Source: Paragordius varius
Taxonomy: Eukaryota; Animalia; Nematomorpha
Assembly: GCA_964247055.1 (NCBI GenBank)
Contig: OZ176054.1
Coordinates: forward strand, 1,984,001-2,048,000
Direction: 5' to 3'
DNA: 64,000 nt
In this document: piece after piece, positions 1 to 12,909 of the stretch
How positions within the stretch are numbered: position 1 is the first letter of the stretch
Layout: each line of letters opens with the position of its first letter
Position numbers and translations under genes: made by a program
The notes under the pieces: generated by a model
Told to the model about the DNA's origin: nothing
Database searches by the model: none
The model's input: only the letters and a program-made list of their open reading frames with translations

Positions 1-760
1 GTGTAGTCATAAGTACTGGTTTTTTAGAAAAAATTTATAATATTAAAGGCAATAAATTATTTATTATATTCATATTTTAGATCTGATTCTACACATTTCG
101 CCCATCTTTTAGGCATAAGAATGTCGTGCCAAAAAAACTGAAACACTTTTGCTGGAAATTATTCGTCAAGGCATTCAACACCTTCGATATTGAGGTGCTT
201 TTCTGCAGGGTGCCCATCGATGCGAAGTTGGATCAATAAGATGGCGCTAGGTCAGGATGTGAAAAAATGCTTTAACAAAAAGGGTTTTTTCACTGTTTCG
301 CTGTGTGAGATGGAACATTGACATGGAAAATGACTTTGCTATGTCTTCTAGCCAATTTCGCCCGTTTTTCAATTAATGCATGGTTTAAGTTAATCATCGT
401 TTGTTGGTGTAGCGTTGTGCATTAACGGTTTCACCGTTTAATAGTTCACATGCACAATACAATCTCGTCTCAGAGGGAGAGAGCATGGTCTTTTTGCCAA
501 AGCGATTTGGTCTGGGTGTTGACATCACCCCTTACAAGCCTTTGCAAACATGGTTTTCTTTTATGACGCAAGATTCTAAGCTTGCGAACTTAGATTTGTC
601 GTTTAATTAAATTGTGCAACTTATGTGTATTTGTCGTTTCATGTTAGTTAAACAAACTGGAATTTGCATCAAATTGATTGTCTGCTTATTTTTTGCTGAC
701 GTCTTCAGAGGTAATTACATTCTTACGGTCTAACCCAAGGTTAGTTTAAACAGAAATACA
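1..760 (-). mobile_element. Degenerate mariner (Mos1/mauritiana-like) transposase relic, internally deleted, cut by the window edge
   Basis: Minus-strand fragments with frameshifts and stops: HKRKPCLQRLVRGD (cf. RYKRKSFLHRIVTGD), STPRPNRFGKKTML, GETVNAQRY, MINLNHALIEKR..VIFHVNVPSHTAK, HPDLAPSY (YSPDLAPSDY motif) and PKRWAKCVESD. Bases 1-25 (GTGTAGTCATAAGT...) may be part of a TIR. Confidence 0.85.
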
Positions 761-970
761 TTTTTTCATTAATATTAAGTCAATGTTTTGACATAAGTTA
801 AATATTTAAGACGAATAAAGAAAATAATAAAAGGAGAAAACATATCCATTTTTCTTTTTATAAATAACTGAAATGTCCAAAAAATTTCCATTATAATCTT
901 TAAAACCCTCTTCGTGTCAAAAAAAAGTAAAAACAAGCGTGACATCTAAAAAGAGCAATAATTATTTGGA

Positions 971-1408
971 TCATATTAAATAACATTCATGATCAATATT
1001 TACGTTGTCCGGCGGTGTCTGAGTAGATTTTGAAACAGTTGGTACACTCGGTGTTTTTTTTTGATTTTGTATTATCGTGCAACTCGTTTGAGTATGTATG
1101 TCCCTTCGTGTTAAATGAGCTTTTTTGTCAATAGGTGGGATAATATTATTTTTTTCCTTCTTGGATAACACAATTTCTTGAACTCTTTCGCTAACATCAG
1201 CGTATTCATCATTTCTATCGCAAACTCTGTTTGTAGAATGACAGTCCCCTCCATTGTTATCTTCAAAAGTTAGCAAGTAACTGACACTCCTTTTCCCATC
1301 AGCTTTTTCTAAATCGCTAAGTCTACGAATTCGATATATAGGCAATTCCTCATCCACATTCATCAAATATTGATTTATCCAAGTGTCTCTCATCAATTTT
1401 TCAGCCAT
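971..1408 (-). CDS. Orphan 145-aa ORF or terminal exon, with two TQT motifs (DIHTQTS, SKSTQTP)
   Basis: 438-nt stop-free frame with higher GC than its flanks. The frame stays open about 25 codons upstream of the ATG, so it may be a last exon. No family recognised. Confidence 0.55.
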   Translation of the reverse strand: MAEKLMRDTWINQYLMNVDEELPIYRIRRLSDLEKADGKRSVSYLLTFEDNNGGDCHSTNRVCDRNDEYADVSERVQEIVLSKKEKNNIIPPIDKKAHLTRRDIHTQTSCTIIQNQKKTPSVPTVSKSTQTPPDNVNIDHECYLI

Positions 1409-1741
1409 ATTATTAGTTTGAAATGTTTTATTTTCACATTCAATACAGGTTTGACGATTGTATGGAATCTTATTTAAACTTTTTCATATTTATATGCTGA
1501 CAATTCTACATTGTTGTGATTGTTAATTTTACTATGTTATAACAATCGATTTGAAAATTTGATATTTTAAAAGCGAGTTGAAATTGGTACGCTACAGAAC
1601 ATGGGGTTCATATATATATGTATATTATAGATTATTTTTCATATTTGTTGGTATTTAAAATTACATATAAAACCGAAAAACATTGATTTTTAAGTGTTTT
1701 TTATAGTATGTAAAAAATATTTCAAGACTATGTATAATTTA

Positions 1742-2185
1742 CAATGCAAAAAACAAAAAAAAATTAAATTTGACTAAATAAACCGCATTTTTACCTGTAT
1801 TTATTAAAATGTCCAAAATATGTAGTAATTGATTACAATTAACAATGCAAAACCTAAAAAACAAAAAAACTTAAAAACCGCAATTTTTACCTGTATTTAT
1901 AATAATGTCCAAAATATGTAGTAATTAATTACAATTAACAATGCAAAACCTAAAAAACAAAAAAACTAAATTTTTACTAATTTTGTTAAAAACCGCGATT
2001 TAGCTGTATTTATTAAAATGTCCAAAATATCTAGTAATTGATTACAATTAACAATATAAAAAAAACAAAAAAAATTAAATTTGACTAAATTTAAAAACCG
2101 AATTTTTACCTGATTAAAATGTCTGAAATACTTAAAAATTATAATAATTAACAATGCAAAACATAAAAGACAAAAATCTAAAATC
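1742..2185. repeat. Degenerate ~100-bp minisatellite, 4 copies plus a partial
   Basis: Unit start CAATGCAAAA (CAATATAAA at 2052) recurs at 1742, 1843, 1939, 2052 and 2152; the core AAAACCGC..TTTTACCTGTATTTATTAAAATGTCCAAAATATGTAGTAATTGATTACAATTAA repeats with variation. Confidence 0.85.
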
Positions 2186-2828
2186 TACTTAAATTTTCAC
2201 AAATATATATTTACCTATGTTTTTTAATTTGTAATAACAACTATATAAAATTATAATACCAATATTGATTAATACAGGTATTTAGCATGTTGAAAAATAT
2301 TTATTATTAAATTTAGGAATAATTAACACAAAAATTTTAAGATACGTATTTTACTATTTATTAATTTATCAAAGATAAAAACCCACAAAATTCCGCATCT
2401 AAATACGTAACAACAATATTACAAATGTTAACATAAATTGCTATAATATTCTCAAAATTTAACATTACAAAATATCCATCAAATTAAAGCCTATTTTAAT
2501 TCTCACGTCAATCCTCTTTCATATGTGTACTACGAAATAATTTCGTGGGTCAGTATTTTACGCATTGGATAAACCATTTATGTTATTCGACTGGCAATAA
2601 AATTACTGAACATACATCAAAAATAACCTACATACATTAAATAAAAGTAGGATGAGTGTAGCTTTTCATTTCTGGGATCCAAGAAATCGTTGTGGACGTT
2701 TAATTTAGTATATGACTAGTAAACAATTATGCTAACATATATTGTAAATAAGCTCAACTTATGTAATTTACAATTTTTCTTATGTTTTATTCAATTTAAA
2801 AATTTTTAAGCTATTTTTTATATCCAAA

Positions 2829-5800
2829 ATGCATTTTAACACATATAATTTATACTTTCAATTAATATTTTTACTAATTGTCATTTTAATCCAAGATAAC
2901 CCCGCTAAATCGTATGTGTTTGCGATTAATTCGCAAACTTTAGAGTCTACAGAAAGAAAATATTCCATCGTTGAAAATTTCCAAACTGGTATAAATATTT
3001 TTATGATTATTAATCATGCTAAGTTTTTTCAATAAAATACAAAAAAATAAATATTATTTCTTTAAAGTTGTGGGATGGAATGCGATATAAAAAATTTTAA
3101 ATTTTAGGTCATACATAAGGTGACCAGATTTTTTAAAGGAAAAAGCGGGACAAATCTGAGAAAGGGGGGGGGGAGGTTATGAGGTAGGGTGTAAAACCAA
3201 AAATTTTTATACAAAAAATTATTTAGTATTTATTTATTTTAACTCACATTATAAATATAAAAAATATTTAATTTCTTGGTATATTTTTTATTTGAGTGAA
3301 TGCGTTTTAGCAGATTGTCATCATTTTATAAAATATTGTAGGAGTCTTCACAAGAATTTGTCAAATTATATTTGACAGATAAAATGGTAAAGTTTCAACA
3401 TTTAAATTTGATTTTTCCGATGTCCACATCTGATTTACTGTAGAAAAAACGCGCTCAGTAGCAGCGTTGGTTCCACGTAAAGATAATGCAAATTCTACAA
3501 TTATTAAAATATTGTATGGAACATAATTTGTTTCAAAATGATGAAATATTTCTAACCATTTCTTTTCTACTGTATTTTTTTTTATTGTCAATCATTTAAG
3601 TTTTTCATTATTAATATATTTTATAACTAATGATACTTTAGAAAAAAGATATTTTCTGAATGGTTAATTTTTGGGAATTTTTGGGGATGCAGAAATGATT
3701 TTTGAACACACCAATTAAATTTTAATGTTTTCAATGAAAATGATCAATTTCATTAAATTGCACCGTCCAGTTTTCCAATAATCTTTACAGTTTGTATAAA
3801 ACATTTTTAATGGTACAGGTATTTTGGCGATTTATTAAGCCTTGTTTTTCTAAATTATTTATAAAATTGCGGATAGTTACTGGAATATTATTTTATAACC
3901 TTTCTTGACATTGGAATTTTAGGTTACTAACTTCATTGGCTACTTCGATTGCCGAAGTTTTGTCACTTTCTATCAATTTAATAACATTTTGAAAGAGAGA
4001 AGCTTGATTATGTAGGAACTCTAACCATATTGAAGAATCACTTTCAAAAAACTTTTCCAAAGTTGTAGGACATTTATCCTGTGATATAAAAAAATAGGTT
4101 TTCAAAGAATAATTTTTAAAAATTAGTTCGAGAGCTGGCAGAAGAGCTAACCAACTAGTTTTACTATATCCAAGCTTTTTTTGATATTAAACTTCTGCAT
4201 TTTCACAGAATTCCTAAGCGTTTCACGCGTACCGTGTATATATAAAAATAGGAATATATTTTAACAACTACATTTTCCACATCTAGGGATAACAAATCAG
4301 CAGCTGTTTTAATAGCGTTGTGTGTTATATGCGCTACACACCCAACTTCAATAATGTTTTGATTAAGATTATCTGCTAATTACTGAAAATTATTATTTGC
4401 TTTTCCGCCGAAGTTCGTTGTGGTGTTGTCACCGCAATATGCGATGATTTTGTCTTTTTTTCCCTAGAATATTCATTATTGAAGTAATGTCAAAATTCGC
4501 ACCGGGTAGAGAAATAAAATTTAAAATTTTATTTTAACTTTGGTTTCTGGACCAAAATATTTTATTAACGTGGGAAATAATTTTGTTTCCTGGTTTGATA
4601 CATCAGAGTATAGCGATATAAAATTAATTTTCAGCAAATCCTTTTGTATTTCAGAAAATGCATGTGGCGAAAGGACAATGCATACAATGGCTTCAGCCTT
4701 TGTACGGGCACGAATAACCTGTGAGGTACCATCCATAGATCTAAAGGAATGATGGTGATTAACGGCGTCCTCGGGCTAGTGCCAAATTCTTTTCTTCCTC
4801 TCCAAAAGCGGTTCGATAAAAATCGCTCAATCTGTAAAATGATGCCACCATATCTAAACATTTTTTATGTTTCTGTGTTTCCATATGCTTTGTAATATCA
4901 TGCTTACCGCCATGTGGTAGGGTGAACCCCTCACATAAAGCATTTAACAAATGATTCATTCTTCGTTTTTTTGATAAAAGAAAATTCTTTCATTAAATCA
5001 TCGTTAAATTTACAACCTCTTTTTGTACTCATATTTTAAACTAATATTAATCTAAAAAAATATTATATTACCTTAATTTTCTGGAGTAAACGTATAAGCT
5101 ACCTATTTGTGATATTAATTTGTCATTTTGATAATGTTGGCAGTAGGATTTGGAAGCAAAGTGAATAATCATATGATATAAATTTGAAAAAAAAAATATT
5201 TTTAATTTAAAAATAAAAAACGTTAAATTAAAATTGATATAGATTTTAAAGATAACTAATGATAAAAAATGGATAAATAAAATAAATTTTTTATAAAAAA
5301 TTTATTTTTTTATGTAATTGTTAAAAAGCGGGACATTTCAAAAACGCAGCGGGACGCGGGACAAAGTGTGAAAAAGCGGGACGTCTGGTCACCTTAGTCA
5401 TACACAGTAATTAATTTATAACACAGAGATTTGGGTTATAAATCAAAACCATTAACTTTTTAAAGAACTGTTGTGAAACCAAAAACCTTTTTTAAGAGCT
5501 TTTAATTTTAATTTTCTTTTCAATTATGAAAGAGTTATTTTAATCCGACTTTTATAAAAGTATGTATTTATTACATTTTTCCGTTATAGTATGATAAAAT
5601 ATTTATAACAGCATATATTATATTTTTTGGCTAATTATATTTATTGATGGGCCATCTGTAAACATTGGAACCAAAACTTAAACATTTTTTGCTAAAAAAT
5701 GGTAACCGTTTTTTATCATAAATATGGAACCAAAACTATAGACAAAAGCGGGTCGAATTCCAATCCCTGATATATCTTGTAGATGGTTTTTTTTACATTT

Positions 5801-8800
5801 GCTTATTATTCAAGAATATGAGTGATTTGTCTTTGTTTAATATCAAGGGATTGGCCGATATATATATATATATATATATATATCTTTTTAGGTAAAAAGG
5901 CTATAGAGGCAGATACATCATCTTCCATAGATTGGGACAATTTGATTCAGGATGCAGCAAGCAAAATAAACGATTGGTACGCCAACATGGATAATTTACA
6001 ACGAAGTTTGCCATATATAAACATATATTTATGTTATCTCTCATAGTTTTAAATCCTGTTAGTTAGATTTTATGATAATAATTAAAACGTTAAAGATATT
6101 TTCTTTTCTGGGTATACTTTTGTTGATTAGAGATTTTTAGCTCTATCCACGTGTCACCATGATAACATACACTTATGATTTTTTTCAAACAAAAAAATGG
6201 ATTCAAAGACCACCCATCAAATTCGTATTTTTTCATGTTGGAGCTGTATGATTATAATAAGGAATGATGCAAATATATGATAGTATTTAACGTTTTATAA
6301 TTAAATTTAATTGGTTAAAAAAGTATTTAGGAGGAATCGATTGATTCTAAAAAACCTATATATAACGGAAGGGCCAGCTAAACGGCAAATAAAATGGAAC
6401 GACTATGTTTTCCGCGTATTCCTTCTGTTTTCCGAAAAATGTTTTAAAACCAACATTCAACATTTTTACAAAACGATATGTTTAGCCAAATCAGAGCAAA
6501 GCTATTAAAGCAACCCATAATCATATCAATTACAAATGCATTTTTTCTCCTTACTGCGAATTTTTTTTTAAATTCTTACGATTCAAGTAGCGCTCGAGAG
6601 ATGAAATGTTCGTAATATATATCCAACATTAATTCCAATTTTGCAAAGAGGCGGTTCCAGATTTGACATGATATAAATCTGTTGAAATTGTTTAAATAAC
6701 TTTATAGATGAAAGGGTAGGTATTATTGATATGTAAATAGAGCTGTATGTATAATACCCTATCCGTAATTTCGATAGATCAATCTCTTATAGAACAAGGT
6801 CGAGTCCAGGTTAATCAAACTTCCACAACAAATAATGAAACCGCCACGTCTCCGGAAGACGATTTAGATCCTAACACTTTCAGAAATATATTTTCAGGAC
6901 GATCTGAGGCAACGGACGAGCTTGCAAAAAACGCTTATATTGCTTTAGAAATTGCTAAACGCATAGCCACACAGTAATAATTATTTTGCGAATTCTCCCC
7001 AACACTCAAATACTTTTTTGTAAAAATATGTGACCGTACAAAAAGCTCATCAAAAGTTACATTTTATATTCATATTTTACCATTAAATTTAATAGAAAAA
7101 TCATTAGTCGATAGGGATTAAAAATCAATTTATACCCATTTAAGTGCGGACAGTATCAAAGAATATTTTAAAATTATTTTTTTCAAAATAAGGTAAAAAA
7201 TGGGTGAGTTCACAAAAAATAGTCCAAAAAAACTTACGGATATAAAAATTTTGAAAATTTACGCGATAGTTACATTCAAAGAAGCCTCATATCTTTCAAT
7301 AATAAATAATGTTTAATATATAATTATAAATTACACATTCAACATCTCTTAATAATTGATTTTTTCACCATTTTCCCTAAATATATACGTTATTTTTGTA
7401 GAAATAATTTGACGGATCGCACATCAGGTCAGCAATTAGGTCGATTTTCACCTCCGGCAAGTTTTATCGAAGAGTATTGTCCTTACAATGATTATCCAGG
7501 GAGGTCTGCAAGCGCTCCTAATCCTACCATAAACTCTAACGGAAAAACAGGTCAACAAACTGATGTTACAGTCGAGGGACAACAAGGTAGAAATTACTTG
7601 GATGATGGTACGATACATTTAGCTTTTCGAACTGCCGATGGATCCTTCAACAATCCGTATGATCCACTCATGGGTCGAAGTGGGACACCTTACCTAAACA
7701 CATTATACCCTCATTTTTCAGACGGTACATGATGAATATGAAATTTAAAGTCTGTCTTATTCTTATCTCAGATTGAGTGTGTGTGCTTTCTAGTGACAAC
7801 CACCGTTGTTTAATAAATTACACAATATTTTATGGTTTTTTACTACTACTAGAGATTGGATTTTGATGAATATGTCATATATTAGTTTGGTTTTTACAAA
7901 TGACAATTTTAACACACACACATAGAGAATCTAAAATACTTTTGATGGTTTTTAAGAGTCAATTTGGAAAATAAAAGTGAATACATAAAATAAAATATAA
8001 ATTAATATATCTAAAATACCAGTCAATATATATATACGCATAGGTATACAAGCATTTCGTTTTGGTTCTGATGGAACATTTCTACCCAATGCCCGCCGTC
8101 TAAGCCTTTTGATCCATCAATTGCCAAATAACGCTGATACACCGACAAAGATAAAAGAATTTCCTAACTTGTCGCTTTTCTTTACACAGTGGGGTCAATT
8201 CATGGTTCATGATATGGTGTTGACACCCCTTTCCCAAGGTAGTTTTATTTTAAAATTATAAATTATTTTACCGTTTCTCATCAATTAATGATAATTTTGC
8301 CTTATAAAACTAATTGAGAACTGGACTTTACCAATATATCTTAAAATTAATAAATTATAGGCGGTATTATTTATATAATAATTTTACAACACACCAAAAT
8401 TTTGATGTGACTAAACTCGATTTTTTTGTAAAAAAAAAGTACCCAGATCAAAATGTTGTGCACCCTTTAATCACGATAATCCAAATTGTGCAACTATCCC
8501 CTTATTGCTGGATGATCCATTTTATACGTATTTTGGGAAGGATTGTTTGGAATTTACACGATCTAGTCCTTCGTTTCGAAGAGATTGTACATTAGGTAAC
8601 CCCCTGCATTAATTTTAATTATGTTGCAAAAATTTATTTAAAATAAAATCTGACAATAAATTAATATATTTAGCTATCCAATAAGTCTATTATATATATA
8701 TATATATATGTATATGTATTCGATTTTTTTTAAATATTTTTAATGACATAGAAGTAACTATTTTTTTGTAAATATATTTGTTGTCACATAGCCAATTTTT

Positions 8801-11800
8801 TACTAGGTCCAAAAGTAACATTGAACTCTCAAACTGGATGGCTAGATTTATCTACAGTATATGGCACAAATGGTAATGATCAGCGAAACTTGAGATCTTA
8901 CAGATATGGTACACATTAAATAATATATTTGTCTTTCAAATTAGCTTATATTATTAGAAATAATTTTTTTAAAATCTAATCTAGGCACGCTACATATTCG
9001 AGATAAAGCATATTTTCATGATATTTTGGATTTCTTGCCTTTGCATCCGAACGGAACACAAAAAGGATGTGTAGATGAGCTTTGTTACCTTGCAGGTTTT
9101 TTCTAAATTTTTAATTTTATATCAAATAAATATTTTAATCATAGTATCAAATATAAAAGTCATATTCTTTAATATTGTAATATGAATGTAAAAAATATTA
9201 TTGAATCTATTTTAGGAGATCCAAGGGTTAATGAAAACCCTGGTCTAACTGTCATTCATCTTATTTTCTTGAGAGAACATAACAGAATAGCCCTTGGCTT
9301 GGCCGCTTTAAATCCGCATTGGGATGACGAGCGATTGTTTCAGGTACAATTATTTGGATCAAAGTAAAAATACGAGTTTATCCATACTAAAAATTATTAA
9401 CTTTATGATTGAGAGGTCATACAATGTTCTTATATTATAAAAGTTCTTAGAATCTGTCCTGGTAGGAAAATATCCAATTTAAAAATTCAACTTTATCCTA
9501 AATAAATGGAATTTTTAAAGCCTTGATGTTTCATAAAATTAAAAAGTTATACCTCTTATCCCCTTTTCTCCCTCAATTCTACCATTCCCCTTATTAGTAT
9601 GATTTTGAGTTATATGTTTAATAAAAATGGTTAAATTTATGCGCTTTTTTGGATTTCTAGGAGGCTAGGCGAATAGTTATAGCTGAATATCAACATGTCG
9701 TTTATGCTCATTTTCTACCCATCGTTTTGGGTAAGCGAATAATATCGCTGTACCCTGATTTACAAATACTATCGTATTATTACCAGCCAGGGAATCCGTA
9801 TTGGCCCTACTATGATGCAAACATTGATGCGACAGTTTCACAAATATTTGCGACAAGTGCTTTTCGTTACGGTCATTCTATGGTGGCTGACAAAATGATT
9901 TTTACCAATACCAAGTTATTACAAATTAAGTTAAATTTAGACAATTGGAAATATTTTGAAAAAAATGCTTTTTATCTTATTAATTAGGATTTAAGTTTTA
10001 TTGTCTCGGAACAAAAAATCAATGCTATTAACATGAAAATATTAATCATGCAATTTTATAGAGAAACAATTGTAAAAGACTTTCGAGAAGGTTACTTTAG
10101 ACCCCACCTTATTTCTGGGCAAGAATTCCCCGAACTTCCAGACAATGTGATTCAAGGCATGCTTTTTCAAAAGTCCTACATTATGGATAACTGGATATCT
10201 CCCGAAGTAAAATTTATCTCTTAAAGGAAGGAAAAAGGTAAAGTGTATGCCCACTATACCTAACTCTCGATAATTTTTTTGATGAGTATTCTAATTTCTA
10301 ATATGGGCAAATATTTATAATCAAATTCATTATTTAATTTAATTAAAAAAGGTTGCCGATCATTTGTATGAAACACGACCCGAAATACCAGGGTTAGATT
10401 TAATGGCTTTGGATATACAAAGGGGCCGAGATCACGGACTCCCAGCTTACAATGAATGGCGCAAATATTGTGGACTAAAACCTTTCCTAACATTCGATGA
10501 ACTGGCTGATATTTTCCCAATCGATTTAATTGACAAATATCGAAGCATTTATGCGTAATTCGGTTAAATTACAGGGTTTTTTAGTATAACGGGTTCAAAA
10601 CCTTGATTTTGGTATAACTTAAAGGCAAACTGAGCTTTATATTTGAAACCGTTTTACCAAAAAAATATAATGTTGTTTTCAACTATCGTCGACTGTTTTG
10701 GGGTTGTAACTTGTTAAAAGCCGCCTGTAAGCCTCATAATCTTTTTTGTAAATAATATCCCCAAACATGATTTATTTAAGTGATAACAATGATTAAAATT
10801 AACTTAAAACTGATTTAAAACCATATCTATCCATTAATGGATCAAATAAAAATCACTAATTTTATATATTTAAAACATTTTAAAGGTCTGTCGATGATAT
10901 AGATGTCGTTTCAGCAGGTTATTCCGAATATTGGATTTATGATTCCATTCTTGGTCCAACGTTCACATGTATCATAGTGGAACAAATGATACGGACACGA
11001 AAAGGTGATCGCTTTTGGTATGAAAACAGTCCATCCAAATACACGAATGCTTTTACGCCCGGTATTTTCATAAAAGCAATCTTTAATTTGTATTATCTAT
11101 TTTTATTTGACTAGACACTTAACATCTTGCATAATAAATCAAAAGATCTTATTTTGGGATTTTTATATAACTGCGAAATTCATGAGGATAAAATTCGGAA
11201 AATATTGAAATAAAACTATGAAATTATAAAGGTTCATAGGTTTATTTAATAAAAGAAATAAATAATGTGATAATTAAATTGTCATAGCAATGAGAAATCA
11301 TTTCAAGATATTTGAATGTAAACCAAAGTATCCCAATGAAAAAAAATGTTCAATTAAGTATCTTTAAATCCCATACAAGTTTAGTCTCTATGTGACCTAA
11401 TTTTTTAGGTTCTAGAAGGAGGTTAATTTAAGATGTTAACCAGTAAATTTAAAAATCAAACAAAAATTAAGAATGTTAAAGGATATATTTTAGAGTTATA
11501 ATGAATAAATTTAAGTAATATAATTTATATATATATATATACCATTTACAATTCAATTTCACCCTTAAACAATTCAAAATCACCCTTGAACAATTCAAAT
11601 TCACCCTTGAACAATTCAAATTTACCCTCGAACAATTCAAATTCACCCACAAATAAAATATATGTTTTTTAAGGTTAAAAATTATAATATTTTTATATAT
11701 TTAAAAAAAAAATTTGTTTTAAATTAAAATAATACTGAAAAAATAATATACTATATCATAAACATATCCATAATAATGAGTTATATTAGTTCGAAAGTAC

Positions 11801-12212
11801 ATAATTTATTTTTAGGGTGAATTTGAATTGTTCAAAGGTGAATTTGAATTGTTCAAGGGTGAATTTGAACTGTAAATGGTATATATATATGTAGAGCAAT
11901 TGGCTATGATTAAAACGACAAGCTTGGCCCGCATTATTTGTCAAAATGCCCAATATTTGGGACATATTCAACCCAATGTTTTTTATGCACCGTCAGAAAG
12001 GTTCATGGTTTTAGTATTAATTCTTCAGATTTTAGCATAATATGATATTTTTTGCATTTAAATTTACTTTAATATTTAAGTCCTTACCCTTTAATAAAAA
12101 GGTAAAAAGAGACTCTAAACTGCATATTTTTTAAAAATTTAGTAATGGAGCTGTACTGTGTGAATCCCTACCGGATCTCAATCTATTGGCATGGAAAGAA
12201 CAATATTATTAA
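2829..12212 (+). CDS. Secreted animal heme peroxidase (peroxidase-cyclooxygenase superfamily), 15 exons, ~812 aa
   Basis: Exons 2829-2988, 5892-6005, 6778-6973, 7402-7724, 8044-8238, 8440-8595, 8807-8908, 8985-9095, 9216-9343, 9661-9914, 10062-10206, 10352-10554, 10886-11061, 11895-12000, 12143-12212; phases chain to 2439 nt. Hydrophobic N-terminus; [18 protein letters not shown] (distal His), CLEFTRS, GDPRVNE (distal Arg), [15 protein letters not shown] (proximal His), [24 protein letters not shown]. The link of exons 1-3 rests on phase only. Confidence 0.93.
3116..5396 (-). mobile_element. hAT (Blackjack-like) DNA transposon with fragmented transposase, in peroxidase intron 1
   Basis: Perfect 13-bp TIRs TAAGGTGACCAGA (3116-3128, 5384-5396); perfect 8-bp TSD GTCATACA (3108-3115, 5397-5404); subterminal GCGGGAC repeats. 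Minus-strand pieces include [44 protein letters not shown] and the hAT C-terminal dimerisation motif [28 protein letters not shown]. Confidence 0.95.
5424..5769. mobile_element. Possible old hAT-type MITE
   Basis: Ends CAGAGATTTGG and CCAATCCCTG (reverse complement CAGGGATTGG); internal GGAACCAAAAC repeated twice; 8-bp flanks match only 5/8. Confidence 0.3.
11541..11880. mobile_element. Foldback/MITE subfamily A (21-bp unit TTGAACAATTCAAATTCACCC), complete, in peroxidase intron 13
   Basis: Termini ACCATTTACA...TGTAAATGGT, ATAT on both flanks, inverted arms made of 21-bp tandem units. Confidence 0.9.
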
Positions 12213-12909
12213 GCGTTAGATAAAGACAATTGATATAACACTAATAATCCCCCTCCCCCCATTTTTAAATACCGATATAGAACTCTTGGAGAGTTATTTA
12301 TTAATAAATAAATTAATCCTTACATATATTCATTTTGTTATTGAAATTTATATAGCATATACTTTTTTGTGATTTCTGCATGTATTAACATTTATTGATA
12401 ATCCACTGTTTCTTAATTTTAACCTTAGGAAATCTATGTAGATGTAAAAATAGAAAATGAGCCAAACGAATCAATCCATTTATCCAATCTTAACAAACAA
12501 TCCCTTATTCCTAATTAATTTTCTCATAAACATTGTTTGAAAGATATTTTAATTATAGAATATATTTTAATCATTTGAGAAGTCATTGCATAGTTAGTGG
12601 CAAAAAAAGATTAGGTTTTCAGCCCAGATATAACCTCCAATTTAATTTGATTCACTCAAAATCAAAAGATCGATATGTGTTTAATTCGCCTTAATTTTCA
12701 TGAAAATTATCAATAGATACCTTTGATTTAATAAAAATTTAAAGTGCCTAATCTAACAAATATTTTGAAATCAAATAACAAGGAAATAATAATAATTTGC
12801 CATCCAGATGTTACAAGTTATTGTTCCAATTAATTAAAAAATATATTTTACATATTTTGATGGTACACTTTATCTTTTTAAAAAGCAACATATTTTAATA
12901 TTCTTGCAC

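Noticed and set aside
3163-3192. G-run in the hAT subterminal region as a G-quadruplex
   Set aside because: One G10 run plus weak GG/GGG tracts; no evidence of function.
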